From an uncultured Gammaproteobacteria bacterium (lineage in GTDB: Bacteria; Patescibacteriota; Patescibacteriia; Magasanikbacterales; JBBTQS01), in the NCBI GenBank assembly GCA_964627055.1, contig CAZVGV010000002.1, positions 19,802 through 83,801 of the forward strand: DNA of 64,000 nt, in the 5' to 3' direction. The translations under genes were made by a program, and so were the position numbers. Under the pieces are notes generated by a model, which was given only the letters and a program-made list of their open reading frames with translations, did not search any database and had not been told where the DNA came from. Shown piece by piece: positions 39,506 through 49,507 of the stretch; within the stretch, counting starts at the first letter, position 1, and each line of letters opens with the position of its first letter.

Positions 39506-41725
39506 TTATTTGTCTAATTCCCTAAGAAACTCCTCTGCACCTTGTCGATAGGACGAATCTATCTCAACAGCACGCAACGCAGCACTTCGTGCTTCAGCTA
39601 CTCGCCCCACCTTGCCATATGCCAATGCCAAGCGCGACCACCAGAGAGGATCACCGGGCAATTGCTGCACTACAATTTCATAGAGCTGCACCAATCGTTC
39701 ATATCGCTGCTTCTCAACGAGAATAGTCGTCACCGCCTCTACCTGTGTCGCTGATTCGAACACAAATCGTTTGTCTATAGCTCGTTCAATATACCGCAGT
39801 CCTTCATCCACCGTTACAGGATCCTTGAGCAATACAAACCCGTAATACCAATCAACCAGCGCTGTATTCCCCACGTGCTGCATTGCCCCTTCCATCACTC
39901 CTTTTGCTTCAGCATATCGTGTAAGACCTAGGAGCGCCTGCGTTTGTAACAAATACCCTTCTTCACGAGTAGGGCTCAACATTGTAGCCTCATTGAAGTA
40001 TGAACGGGCGCGTTCAAGCGCAACAGAGTCTCCGTAGAGTGCCCCTATTTGGTATTCCATCTTCCCCACCATGCTCAGCAACAAAAAGGTGCGTGGTGAT
40101 GCAACAAGCAGTGCGTCAATCTCACTGCGCAACCATTGTACATCACGATCTAGCCATCCACGGACCTCTGGCGAGAGAGATGCGAGTTGTTGGTCAGCAG
40201 CGAATGCTGGAACCATATCAAGTACCGCACTCGCACTCCAGCGCAGTCGCTCGAACTGATACGGTGTATACCAATCAAAGGCGTAACGCAAATATACTCG
40301 TGCCGCCTTCCAATCACCGACGTACGACTTCTGCAGTGCATAGTTTGTGAGCGAGGAAGAAATCAGTGGCACTATACTCAACATAAGCATAGCAACACCA
40401 ACAGCAATGCTTACCGCCCATACTGCAGGACGTGTCACTCTCCACGCAGTTCGTTGCTCAGTTGCAATCGCCGCTTGCTCCTGTGCAAGCACCCATCCTA
40501 CCAATAACGCAATAGAAAGGTATGTCCCCCCGTTTTCAAAAAGAAACAGCATCTGTACCACATGACCCGCACCAATCCCCACAAGCACTGCAATCATGCG
40601 TGCACCCCATACACCTTCACGATACCGTCGCACACCCGCACGAACGAGCATTGCCACCACAAGAAGAAAAAGCACTCCACCCACTACACCACTTGTAGCC
40701 AACAATTCCAGCCATTGATTATGCGGTTTGTCGACATAGGACTCCACAAACGCGATTTCAGAGAGTGCTGGGTTATAGAACGCATCGCTTACTCGTCGAT
40801 AGTTTTCAGGCCCCCAACCGGTCAGCGGTCTTGCCACAAATCCGTCCCAAGCAACCCCCCAATTTATGAGACGTGTAGTAAGCGTTGTAGTTCCCAAAAG
40901 ACCACGTGCCCACTGCTGCACAGCAATCGATTGTGTTCCAACTACAGCAATTACTCCCAGTACAGCAACCAGTACACCAGCAGCCCAGGCAATGCGCTGC
41001 TTCGTAATGAGCTGTCTACGCAGCAAAACCCAAACCAACGTGGCCACCACTACACCAGTGGTAAGTCCCAAATAGGTGCCACGCGCTTGAGTGAACACAA
41101 GTGCACCAATCGAGAGTACACCGAACACAACCACAACGCCTCGCATCGTTCGACGATCCAAGAGCGCGACAACTGCTGCGATGCCTAATTGAAGAAACAA
41201 ATACGACGCGAGCAACACCGGGTTACCCAAGGTACTCCCCACACGATGCTGTGAGACATTTGGCAACAGATCAGGATTCGACGACTGCACAAGCGCAAGT
41301 GCTGCAACAATGCATGCTGCGTACAAACTTGATTTCAAAACCTGCAACCGTGCTGCTGGTGTGAAAAGTGGTGAGGCAAAAATAAGTGCAGCCACTACCA
41401 TATGGGTCTGATACCACAATCCAGTAGCTCGTGCCATGTCGCCCCATACACTCTGCCACCAATCAACACCCGCAAAGGCACACACCCACTGTCCAACAAG
41501 AAACAATACCACCGCAATACTCAACGGACTCCATCGCAATCGCAATGAAGGTTCACGATACCACACCCATCCTGCTGCAATTGCCAGTACCGAAACAATC
41601 ACCTGCACGACCACTGCCTGTACGTACGACAGAGGGAACAATGAAATCGGAAGGTATGCTAGTGGCGCCCATACAAGCACGAGACCGCACCATCGAACAA
41701 TGCGACGCAACAGGTTTGTACTCAT
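39506..41725 (-). CDS. O-antigen ligase/O-oligosaccharyltransferase-like membrane protein with C-terminal TPR
   Basis: RVGSTLGNP, TQARG, TRLINW, PLTGWGPENY, DKPHN. Confidence 0.85.
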   Translation of the reverse strand: MSTNLLRRIVRWCGLVLVWAPLAYLPISLFPLSYVQAVVVQVIVSVLAIAAGWVWYREPSLRLRWSPLSIAVVLFLVGQWVCAFAGVDWWQSVWGDMARATGLWYQTHMVVAALIFASPLFTPAARLQVLKSSLYAACIVAALALVQSSNPDLLPNVSQHRVGSTLGNPVLLASYLFLQLGIAAVVALLDRRTMRGVVVVFGVLSIGALVFTQARGTYLGLTTGVVVATLVWVLLRRQLITKQRIAWAAGVLVAVLGVIAVVGTQSIAVQQWARGLLGTTTLTTRLINWGVAWDGFVARPLTGWGPENYRRVSDAFYNPALSEIAFVESYVDKPHNQWLELLATSGVVGGVLFLLVVAMLVRAGVRRYREGVWGARMIAVLVGIGAGHVVQMLFLFENGGTYLSIALLVGWVLAQEQAAIATEQRTAWRVTRPAVWAVSIAVGVAMLMLSIVPLISSSLTNYALQKSYVGDWKAARVYLRYAFDWYTPYQFERLRWSASAVLDMVPAFAADQQLASLSPEVRGWLDRDVQWLRSEIDALLVASPRTFLLLSMVGKMEYQIGALYGDSVALERARSYFNEATMLSPTREEGYLLQTQALLGLTRYAEAKGVMEGAMQHVGNTALVDWYYGFVLLKDPVTVDEGLRYIERAIDKRFVFESATQVEAVTTILVEKQRYERLVQLYEIVVQQLPGDPLWWSRLALAYGKVGRVAEARSAALRAVEIDSSYRQGAEEFLRELDK

Positions 41726-43608
41726 AGTGCTGGGAATACTACACCGCGTTTCAATCCTTCTTGCTTTATTTCCTCCGCATGCTCAGTATCAGCGGCCATT
41801 CGATACGCTAAATAAAGATACACATATGTTTCGCGTACATCAGGTTCGGCTGCACGCACCTGTTCAAGCCGAACAATTGCATCTGGTACACGATTAATTT
41901 CAATCAAAAATTGCCCTTCTGCATAGCCTGGATACGGGTGCCGAGGTGCTAACGATTGTGCCCGCGCAAACATATCTTGTGCGCGGACAATCCACTCATT
42001 TCCATTGCGCACGGCTTGCTGACCATAATACTGAGCCAACAAATATGTGCGATAGAATCTCTGCTGATTCTCTGTACATGCATCAGCGCGCTTTTCTAGG
42101 TGCTGCGCAGTGCGTACTCGGATATCTTCTGGCATTTGTGCATTCCCTGCAACAGCAATCCAGGTTTGCATCGCTTTCTCCCAAAGTTGGCATGACGCAG
42201 GAACCTCGTCATTTCCAATCTTTGTCACTATGTCCATCCACGGGAACCAACGCCCCGACGCGCGGGCCTGCTCCGCAGCACCATAGGAGGCAAATGCCGA
42301 TGCATGCGTAGTCCAAACCACCCCACCAACCACAGCAATAATGCCTGTTACTACTACAACGAGCCGATGGGAACCACGCAATTGTTTTGGTGTTACAGGC
42401 ATGGCAATCGTTCTTGGTACCGCAACAATACTTGCAAAACTAATCCAGAAAATTGACGCTACCACTGGCTGTTCAGGGGTAAAGAAAAGATATACACAGT
42501 AGGCACCAACCATGGCTGCTGCCCAAGGTGACACACGCCATGCGAGCACTGCAGCTGCAAGATATAACATGCCCCAGATGATCATGCCCGCGATACCTGT
42601 CTCCACACCCACCATAAGGAGCGTATTATGTGCATCGTCATTGAATGCCTCACTCCCCACATGCACAAGACTTGCGGGGTCAAACTGCGACGCAAACACC
42701 TCTGGATACGCCCCACGACCCCAGCCCATTGGTTCTTCTCTCATGGCATTCCAGGCAATGCTCCATTGAAGTAACCGAGTCTGTGATGTCACTGCTGATG
42801 GAGCAATTTGCACAGCGCGGGGAAGGTTCCACGATGCTGGTGCAAACTGTACAGCAACAAACACTGTCAGGAAGAGAGCAAGAATTCCTCCCACTATACG
42901 ACCACGCGGCTTGGGCATATGGAGCACCATCCACACTCCTGCAATCATCAATCCACATACCAAACCCAACAATCCTGCACGACTATCAGTTGCGATTATC
43001 GCGCTCATCTGCACAATCGCACCAACAATCCACCACCCTCGCACTTCAGCTCGTGTACGTGTGTACATCACTCCTGTTACTCCAAGAGTTACGAGCAAAT
43101 ACCCTGCAAGAAATGACGCATTTCCCATTGTCGAAACCATGCTCCCTGTCACACCAATCCAGGGCAACCCAGGTGCCACCTTCCCAATCCATCCCAGTAT
43201 TGCAACCACTACTCCCATACTAGCTATAACGCGCAACAATCTTGTTCGCCAAACATCTGTGAGGAGAAGGACTGCATCTGTTCCAACGACTAAGACGTGG
43301 AGCCAAATCCACCACCCATTAGCACGCAACAACGATCCCCAGCCCAGATACTCACCCCGTACTGAAAGCGCACCCAAAAGCACGAGCCATACAACCAACA
43401 ACGCTCTGACCATGAGCCCAAAAACACCGGAACCCAACTGTGCATCTTGTAATGACTTTTGACGCAACCGGACTACTATTGCTCCGAGATACCCAATATC
43501 AAGAAGCGCGATCAATACCAATACTTTTGCAGTTATATACGGCTCAGGTAAGCCCGGTATAATCAACAACGGCACCAACACTGCGATCAGAGTAAGAAAA
43601 ATTCCCAT
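41722..43608 (-). CDS. O-antigen ligase/O-oligosaccharyltransferase-like membrane protein with C-terminal TPR
   Basis: STMGN, TDSRAG, TRLLQW, PMGWG, DDAHN. Confidence 0.83.
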   Translation of the reverse strand: MGIFLTLIAVLVPLLIIPGLPEPYITAKVLVLIALLDIGYLGAIVVRLRQKSLQDAQLGSGVFGLMVRALLVVWLVLLGALSVRGEYLGWGSLLRANGWWIWLHVLVVGTDAVLLLTDVWRTRLLRVIASMGVVVAILGWIGKVAPGLPWIGVTGSMVSTMGNASFLAGYLLVTLGVTGVMYTRTRAEVRGWWIVGAIVQMSAIIATDSRAGLLGLVCGLMIAGVWMVLHMPKPRGRIVGGILALFLTVFVAVQFAPASWNLPRAVQIAPSAVTSQTRLLQWSIAWNAMREEPMGWGRGAYPEVFASQFDPASLVHVGSEAFNDDAHNTLLMVGVETGIAGMIIWGMLYLAAAVLAWRVSPWAAAMVGAYCVYLFFTPEQPVVASIFWISFASIVAVPRTIAMPVTPKQLRGSHRLVVVVTGIIAVVGGVVWTTHASAFASYGAAEQARASGRWFPWMDIVTKIGNDEVPASCQLWEKAMQTWIAVAGNAQMPEDIRVRTAQHLEKRADACTENQQRFYRTYLLAQYYGQQAVRNGNEWIVRAQDMFARAQSLAPRHPYPGYAEGQFLIEINRVPDAIVRLEQVRAAEPDVRETYVYLYLAYRMAADTEHAEEIKQEGLKRGVVFPAL

Positions 43609-43674
43609 AGAAAATACTACACGGTATCATACCCTTCATTGCTCTGCTTGTTAAGCGTTTCGTTGTGCGTCAAT

Positions 43675-43712
43675 AGCAAAACTCCCCGGTTACCCGGGGA
43701 GTTTGTGCTTTT
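43675..43712. terminator. Terminator after S-layer-like gene
   Basis: AAACTCCCCGG-TTAC-CCGGGGAGTTT. Confidence 0.8.
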
Positions 43713-43757
43713 TCGCTGTGTCATCCTCTTGCGAGGACTCCACGACTACTCCCTAGA

Positions 43758-46700
43758 TTAGTAGGTAAGAGTCTTACCAGCGAATGGCAAGCCGCCGAGA
43801 CCAGAAGCTGTTGGCTTGAGGTCGAAAATCTGAGCGGTGTAACCATCAGTCCAGCCAATACCCTTAACTGCGGTGCCGCCAGCGGTGCCGCCGACAGAGA
43901 GACCTACAGTAAGTGTGTTGTTGGAAGCTGCGTCATCCGTGTCCATTGTGACGATAACCGTCTTGCTGGAACCAGATGGGATTTCAAGTGGGGTCGACAT
44001 GATGTCGAAGTTGGTGTCATCCGACGAGCTACCGAGGTCACCAGCTGTGTACGTGCTTACGTACGAAGTGGAAGCCAAGAGGTTACCCGAGGAAACACTG
44101 TCCTTGTAGATCTTCACCTCACGAGCAGCGTGAGCTGCAGCTGCAGAGATCGACGTATCAATCTTGAGGTTGAGACGCCAGATTGTAGCAGACTGGTTGT
44201 TCACGTTAGCTGGGTTGGTGAATACCCACTTAGCAACGACCTTGTCGTCACCCTTCGAAGTTGCTCCAGATGGAGCGTCCGAAGCGTGAGCAACGCTCAA
44301 GTTAGCCTTGAGAGGGTGCTTCTTTGTAGCTGGGAGGTACATCGTAGCGGACGTCAAGCCCGAGAAGGACGTGATCGAAGCGCCAGATTCTGCACCACGA
44401 GCAACGATAGAAGCGGTGTTGCTGCTGTCATAGCCGTACAACATACCCATGAAGAACGTGGAGCTCGAGAATGTATCAGGAGCGCCAGTGATGTCTGCAA
44501 CGACGCGCAAGGTCTTGCTCGAGTTCTTTGGAACTACGAAGTTAAGACCAGTGAACGTAGCGTAAGCAGTCGCGGTGTATGAAGCGGTAGACGTAGCACT
44601 TGCGGTAGCAAGGGACGATACTGCGGAACCAACCATCGTGTCACCGTCCATGAGGCGGATGTTTCCAATAACACCAGTGGTGCTTGTGGAAATCAACGAC
44701 AACATGGAAGGAGTGAGCTCGCTGATCGTTACGCCTTCTTCCTTACCAGCGGTGAACTTGAAACGAGCAAGTTCAACGTCAGTGGATCCCATCGTTACGT
44801 AGTGCTCAGCTGTAGAGTCTGAAGCAACTGCAACGGTGAGAGAACCAGAGGAAGCAACGTATACGTTCTGGAGACCTGCAGACATCGTAGCGGTACCACT
44901 CTGAGACGTCTCAAGTGTCTGGTAGGACACTGAAGATGGGTAGAGAATACCGTTCGTGTCAGCATTGATGTTTGCGCTCGAACCGCCGGTTACGTCTGCA
45001 AGTACATCAACAACGTAGGTCTCACCCTTTGCGAGCACAACTGGAGTTGTGAGGGTGTAGTCATACGTGTCGGATGCGCCTGTGGTCAACGTACCCTTAA
45101 CGCCCGCGATGTCAGCACCATTGTGCTGGAGGCGGAGGTTGGAGAAGACTGCAGAGAGACCACCAGTTACATCAGCCTTAACGGTGATGTTGGTAATCTT
45201 TGCACCTTCGCCAGAACCAGCCTTGACCACGAACGAGCTGATGCGTGCACTCTTGGTGCTCGAAACAGCGGTTGGGTTCACCGAGCTACCATCAGCAACC
45301 GTCAAGTTCTCAGACAAAGTTGGAACCGAGGAAGCGAAGGTAAGGCTGTATGCTGTTGCAGAAGCCGTGCTGATCGACGTAAGAGAGGTCTTAGCCTGAG
45401 CGTTAGCAGAGCCAGCGCGGAGGACAACCTGTACTGTGTCGCCAGCAACAACCGACGTATCGGTCGTGTCAGCAGTTACAACGAGCTTGCCGATCGTACC
45501 AGGTGTTACAACAAAGTTGTTGGAGAAGGTGTAGTCAGCGTCCAAGCTGGTGTTGTCACCAGAGGTCGAAGAAGCTACAGCTGTACCAACCTGTACACCG
45601 TTAAGGAAAAGCTTAACGTTCTTGTACGCGTTGTTGGACGAACCTGCGAGGTAAAGAGACATGCTGTCTACCTTCACTGCTTCACCAGCAGCAACGAGGT
45701 CAAACGTTGCGAGGTTGACGCCAGTAGCGCCAGTCGCAATGTTGTTCTTCGTTGACTCAGTAGCTGGAGTGATCGTGAGGGTACCCGTGTTGATCGTCGT
45801 CTGTGCGGTGGTCTGGATGGAGAACGCCGTCGTATTGAGGGTTACCACCGGAGCGTATACACCGTACTGAAGATCCCAAGCGGTTACATCAGTTTCTTCC
45901 TGAACCGAGAACTGGAAGTTGCGGTTGGTACCACCAACTACTGTTCCGTAGAGGTCCAAGAACTTGGACTGACCAGCAGTGATCTTGAGACCACCATCTG
46001 CAGAGCTGGAGAAGTCGAACGTGAGCTTGTTGTTACCAAGATCAGCGTACGTTGCACCATACTGCGTGCCAGCAACAGTCAACTTGATGTTCTTGATGTC
46101 AGCAGCGCTTACCGAACCGATCTGGGTGAAGGTAATACGCTTCACGAGAAGGTTCTGATCTGTAGCGAGGAGCTTGAACTTAGCAAGTTCCTTGTCTGCA
46201 GATGCGTTTGCATCCATCGTGGTAGCAGATACTGGGGACGAAGTTGCAACCTGGAGATAGCCGAGGTCAGTGACCGTAGCAATCGTCATGTTGTTTCCAA
46301 CAGCGGAACCAGATGCTGCACCAGACTTCACTTCAGCACCATTGACGGTGAAACCGACAGTGGTACCAGTGCTTGCCGACTTGTTGATGTTTGCCTTCAC
46401 CCAAACAGTCTTGGTCTGGCCAGCTGGAACTGTGAAAATACCGTTCGAGTTGGTCCAGGTTACCTTACCGCTCGAGATGGAAGAAGACTCTGCGAGAATG
46501 GTCTCGCCGTCCATGAGCAATACATCGTCAACATCGCTGTCCTTCGAAATACCTGTGCGAGTTGCAGTAACAGTTGTTACTACAGCCTCAGCACCAACTG
46601 CGGAGAAGCGAACAGCCGTCATTGGGGCCATGCGCTGTCCGAGCGTAGCGCCGGAAGTTGTGTCAACCACAACGGATCCAGCAGCTGGGGTAGCGGAGTC

Positions 46701-47447
46701 GAGCGAGATGGTCAACGTCGTTGGAGCTGTTGGCGAAACTGGCTTACCGCCGGTCTGTGCCGTGTCTGCAACGTCGCTGTCGCCAAGAGCTGCACCAGCG
46801 GTCAAACCAGCGAGAGATCCGCTTACAACGAACTTCGAGTTGAAGTGGTTGCCAGCAAATGCTGCGTCACTGATCATGCGCTTTGTGTTGCCCTCAACAT
46901 AGTACTTAGAAGCACCGTCCATCACTACTGCACCCGTTGGGTATACGCCTGCGGTAGCAAGCTCAGCACCAGTGGTGTAGTTCGTGAAGAATGCATCTGG
47001 TACGTCGATTACCATCTTCGACCAGTTAGCACCCCAGAGGGACTTAGCAACTGCTTCGGTCTTTACCCAGCGCAATACGCCCTTAGGCTCTACTGCGTAT
47101 ACCTTTGGATCCGTCGTGATCTTCACGAGGAAGGTACCAGGGCGAACCGTAATGTTTCCTGCGAGTGGAACTGCTGCCAATTCGTCAGCTGATACCACTG
47201 TAACGCCGTTGAAGTTTGGATACCAAGCTTCAAAGGTCTTTTGTGTTGGGAAGGTGTAGCGGCCGTTGTTCATGAAGTAGTACACCGTCGAGAGGTCAGC
47301 ACGCTTGATAAGCATGCCGTTCGTCATGGTTGCTGCGGAAGCGGTCAATGGGGCTACCATTGCTGCAAATCCAACAGCCCAGAGAATCGTCGCGGTTGTT
47401 ACTACGTATGTAACGGACTGCTTCACCATTCTCACTGCATCTGTCAT
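43758..47447 (-). CDS. Putative S-layer / major surface protein (1229 aa)
   Basis: Signal peptide (ASA|A), A/T/S/G-rich, no Cys, repeated Ig-like units (LAxFKF/LTV), strongly biased codons, own terminator. Confidence 0.75.
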   Translation of the reverse strand: MTDAVRMVKQSVTYVVTTATILWAVGFAAMVAPLTASAATMTNGMLIKRADLSTVYYFMNNGRYTFPTQKTFEAWYPNFNGVTVVSADELAAVPLAGNITVRPGTFLVKITTDPKVYAVEPKGVLRWVKTEAVAKSLWGANWSKMVIDVPDAFFTNYTTGAELATAGVYPTGAVVMDGASKYYVEGNTKRMISDAAFAGNHFNSKFVVSGSLAGLTAGAALGDSDVADTAQTGGKPVSPTAPTTLTISLDSATPAAGSVVVDTTSGATLGQRMAPMTAVRFSAVGAEAVVTTVTATRTGISKDSDVDDVLLMDGETILAESSSISSGKVTWTNSNGIFTVPAGQTKTVWVKANINKSASTGTTVGFTVNGAEVKSGAASGSAVGNNMTIATVTDLGYLQVATSSPVSATTMDANASADKELAKFKLLATDQNLLVKRITFTQIGSVSAADIKNIKLTVAGTQYGATYADLGNNKLTFDFSSSADGGLKITAGQSKFLDLYGTVVGGTNRNFQFSVQEETDVTAWDLQYGVYAPVVTLNTTAFSIQTTAQTTINTGTLTITPATESTKNNIATGATGVNLATFDLVAAGEAVKVDSMSLYLAGSSNNAYKNVKLFLNGVQVGTAVASSTSGDNTSLDADYTFSNNFVVTPGTIGKLVVTADTTDTSVVAGDTVQVVLRAGSANAQAKTSLTSISTASATAYSLTFASSVPTLSENLTVADGSSVNPTAVSSTKSARISSFVVKAGSGEGAKITNITVKADVTGGLSAVFSNLRLQHNGADIAGVKGTLTTGASDTYDYTLTTPVVLAKGETYVVDVLADVTGGSSANINADTNGILYPSSVSYQTLETSQSGTATMSAGLQNVYVASSGSLTVAVASDSTAEHYVTMGSTDVELARFKFTAGKEEGVTISELTPSMLSLISTSTTGVIGNIRLMDGDTMVGSAVSSLATASATSTASYTATAYATFTGLNFVVPKNSSKTLRVVADITGAPDTFSSSTFFMGMLYGYDSSNTASIVARGAESGASITSFSGLTSATMYLPATKKHPLKANLSVAHASDAPSGATSKGDDKVVAKWVFTNPANVNNQSATIWRLNLKIDTSISAAAAHAAREVKIYKDSVSSGNLLASTSYVSTYTAGDLGSSSDDTNFDIMSTPLEIPSGSSKTVIVTMDTDDAASNNTLTVGLSVGGTAGGTAVKGIGWTDGYTAQIFDLKPTASGLGGLPFAGKTLTY

Positions 47448-47617
47448 AAGAATGATTACTTTCTATTAATTGCACTTACCTGTGACCACCGCACGTGCGC
47501 GGTGTCGACCCTTGTGAGTCACAGTCCTCGGTATCTCTTTATCGTTAGACAAAGGGATACACACGAACCTGTCGCATCTGGCATCTCTACCAGATCGGCA
47601 GGCAGCGCGTATATCTC

Positions 47618-48829
47618 TTACTCTCGAACCTCAATAGTGGTTGTTGGAATCTTCACGCTACTACTTACGGTAGTAGACGCAGCAGACGGGATTTCGATAC
47701 GCGGCGTATCAGCACTCTCGACCGGCGCAGCTAATTTTGCAGCAATGTCTACTTCCTGAGCAGCCTTCTGTACAATACGTGCCTGCGCAGTTACTTCCAT
47801 GGTTGCTGGAACCAAGGTCTTGATCTGTAATGCAGCAGCTGTCACATTGTCAGCCTCCAACAGTACTTTGGTCTTTGCGAGCGCTTCACGAACTTCCTCA
47901 GTCTTGCGTTGTACCTGCATAGCAGGTGCAATCACCTTGGACTTCTCTGCAACCATGCTTGGCTGCAACGGTACAGTCTGTACAGACTTCACAGCTCCAT
48001 TGAGATCCTCGGTTACATTTGCAACACGAGTTTCAATCTGTGACAGTTTCTTGTCTACAATCTCCTTGATCTCAGCCTTGGTAATTGCAGCACTCCCCTG
48101 CGCTAGTGACTCGACATATACTTCTACTGTCTTGTCACCAGTTGCAACGACTGCGAATTCCGCTGCCTTCATGGCGTCGTTCACGCTTGCGTCCCCTGCT
48201 GCTTCAGCCAACACCTTCACCTGATCGATCTGCTGCAAGTACCGTGTCGCATGTACATCCATACTCTTCGCAATCTCGACAGCGACTGCCGCATCGGTGC
48301 TCTTAAGCGCCTCAAGGGTTGCATTTACTTCTGTCATGCTCTCTTGAAATCGCTGTACCGCTTCCTTCGCCTTCTCTGGCTCAGCAATCACCTTCTGCGC
48401 TTCATCGAGACGTCGTGTTGCGTACTCTGCTTGCAACTTGGTCTTTGCTGAAGTTCCTTGTGTAGCTCCAACCACAGCAACGGTGGTGTTCTCAATACCA
48501 ATTTTCACTGGATACCACACGTCACCTGGTACACTATTCAACGAAGCAAATGCGCCGGTTGCCCAAGAGCCTGTAGCAATACCGAACGCAAGACCCATGA
48601 GCACAATTGGTCGCACCACCGCATACACCGTGCGTGGTGGAATAAAGATAGAAAGTAACAACCACATGTTCGCAAATGAGAACATGCGTACGCGTGGCGC
48701 TGTGCCGGAATTCGTAACTGTAGAAAGAAGATGCGCACGAGTTGCATGCACAAACGCCGCACGTGGATTGATATTTCCACGAACGTCATTGAGCTGATGT
48801 AAATTGTGGCGCAACTGTCGGCGGGTCAT
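47618..48829 (-). CDS. Putative membrane anti-sigma factor (DUF5667-like)
   Basis: Downstream of the ECF sigma; TM segment then SVPGDVWYPVKIGIE...RRLDE helical domain. Confidence 0.7.
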   Translation of the reverse strand: MTRRQLRHNLHQLNDVRGNINPRAAFVHATRAHLLSTVTNSGTAPRVRMFSFANMWLLLSIFIPPRTVYAVVRPIVLMGLAFGIATGSWATGAFASLNSVPGDVWYPVKIGIENTTVAVVGATQGTSAKTKLQAEYATRRLDEAQKVIAEPEKAKEAVQRFQESMTEVNATLEALKSTDAAVAVEIAKSMDVHATRYLQQIDQVKVLAEAAGDASVNDAMKAAEFAVVATGDKTVEVYVESLAQGSAAITKAEIKEIVDKKLSQIETRVANVTEDLNGAVKSVQTVPLQPSMVAEKSKVIAPAMQVQRKTEEVREALAKTKVLLEADNVTAAALQIKTLVPATMEVTAQARIVQKAAQEVDIAAKLAAPVESADTPRIEIPSAASTTVSSSVKIPTTTIEVRE

Positions 48830-48837
48830 AGGATTGA

Positions 48838-49413
48838 TTACTCAACCTTCAAAACTTTGCGAAGTGCTTTCATGGCACGGTGCGTGGTAACACGCACATC
48901 GACACTGGACTTGCCCAGGATCTCTGCTACTTCACTTGCAGAGAGCCCATCAACATATCGGAACAGCACGACTTCTCGATACTCTTCCTTCAGCTGTGCA
49001 ATGGCATCGAGCACCTGTTGGTGATCATGCTCGGTCTCGATTTTTCTCACACCAGATCCCTTATCAGAGAGGTGTGCCATGCGATCATCAGGGTGGTCTT
49101 CTTCTTCGTCTGGGAACCCTGTCACTTCATTGCGCGTCGCTCTGCGTCGATAGAGATCGATCACGAGGTTGCGTGCAATGCGGTAGATAACCGCGCGGAA
49201 TGAACGAACGTCCGTGTGCTCCGTGATGTAGTTCCATGCCTTGAGGAATACATCTGCGGTGAGATCCTCAGCATCTTCATGGTTATTTACCTTGAAGTAC
49301 ACGAACCGATAAATGGACGTCACATACGTGTCATACAGCTGCGCATAGGCCTGTGGGTCTTTGCGTGTCTGCGCACGATAGAGCCAATATTTCTCTTTAA
49401 TGGCGTCCTTCAT
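48838..49413 (-). CDS. ECF RNA polymerase sigma factor
   Basis: DAEDLTADVFLKAW, YRIARNLVIDLYR, region 4 SEVAEILGKS..VRVTTHRA. Confidence 0.95.
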   Translation of the reverse strand: MKDAIKEKYWLYRAQTRKDPQAYAQLYDTYVTSIYRFVYFKVNNHEDAEDLTADVFLKAWNYITEHTDVRSFRAVIYRIARNLVIDLYRRRATRNEVTGFPDEEEDHPDDRMAHLSDKGSGVRKIETEHDHQQVLDAIAQLKEEYREVVLFRYVDGLSASEVAEILGKSSVDVRVTTHRAMKALRKVLKVE

Positions 49414-49419
49414 CTTAAG

Positions 49420-49447
49420 ATGACGTTAGAAGTCGAGAAGTGTTACA
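49420..49447 (-). promoter_or_regulatory. ECF-type promoter TGTAAC-N16-CGTCAT
   Basis: -35 at 49447-49442, -10 at 49425-49420, 6 nt before the sigma ATG. Confidence 0.7.
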
Positions 49448-49507
49448 CCTGTGTACATCCGGTCCAACCAGGGCGTATGGTGCCATAGTATAGCAAAATC
49501 AGTGGAT

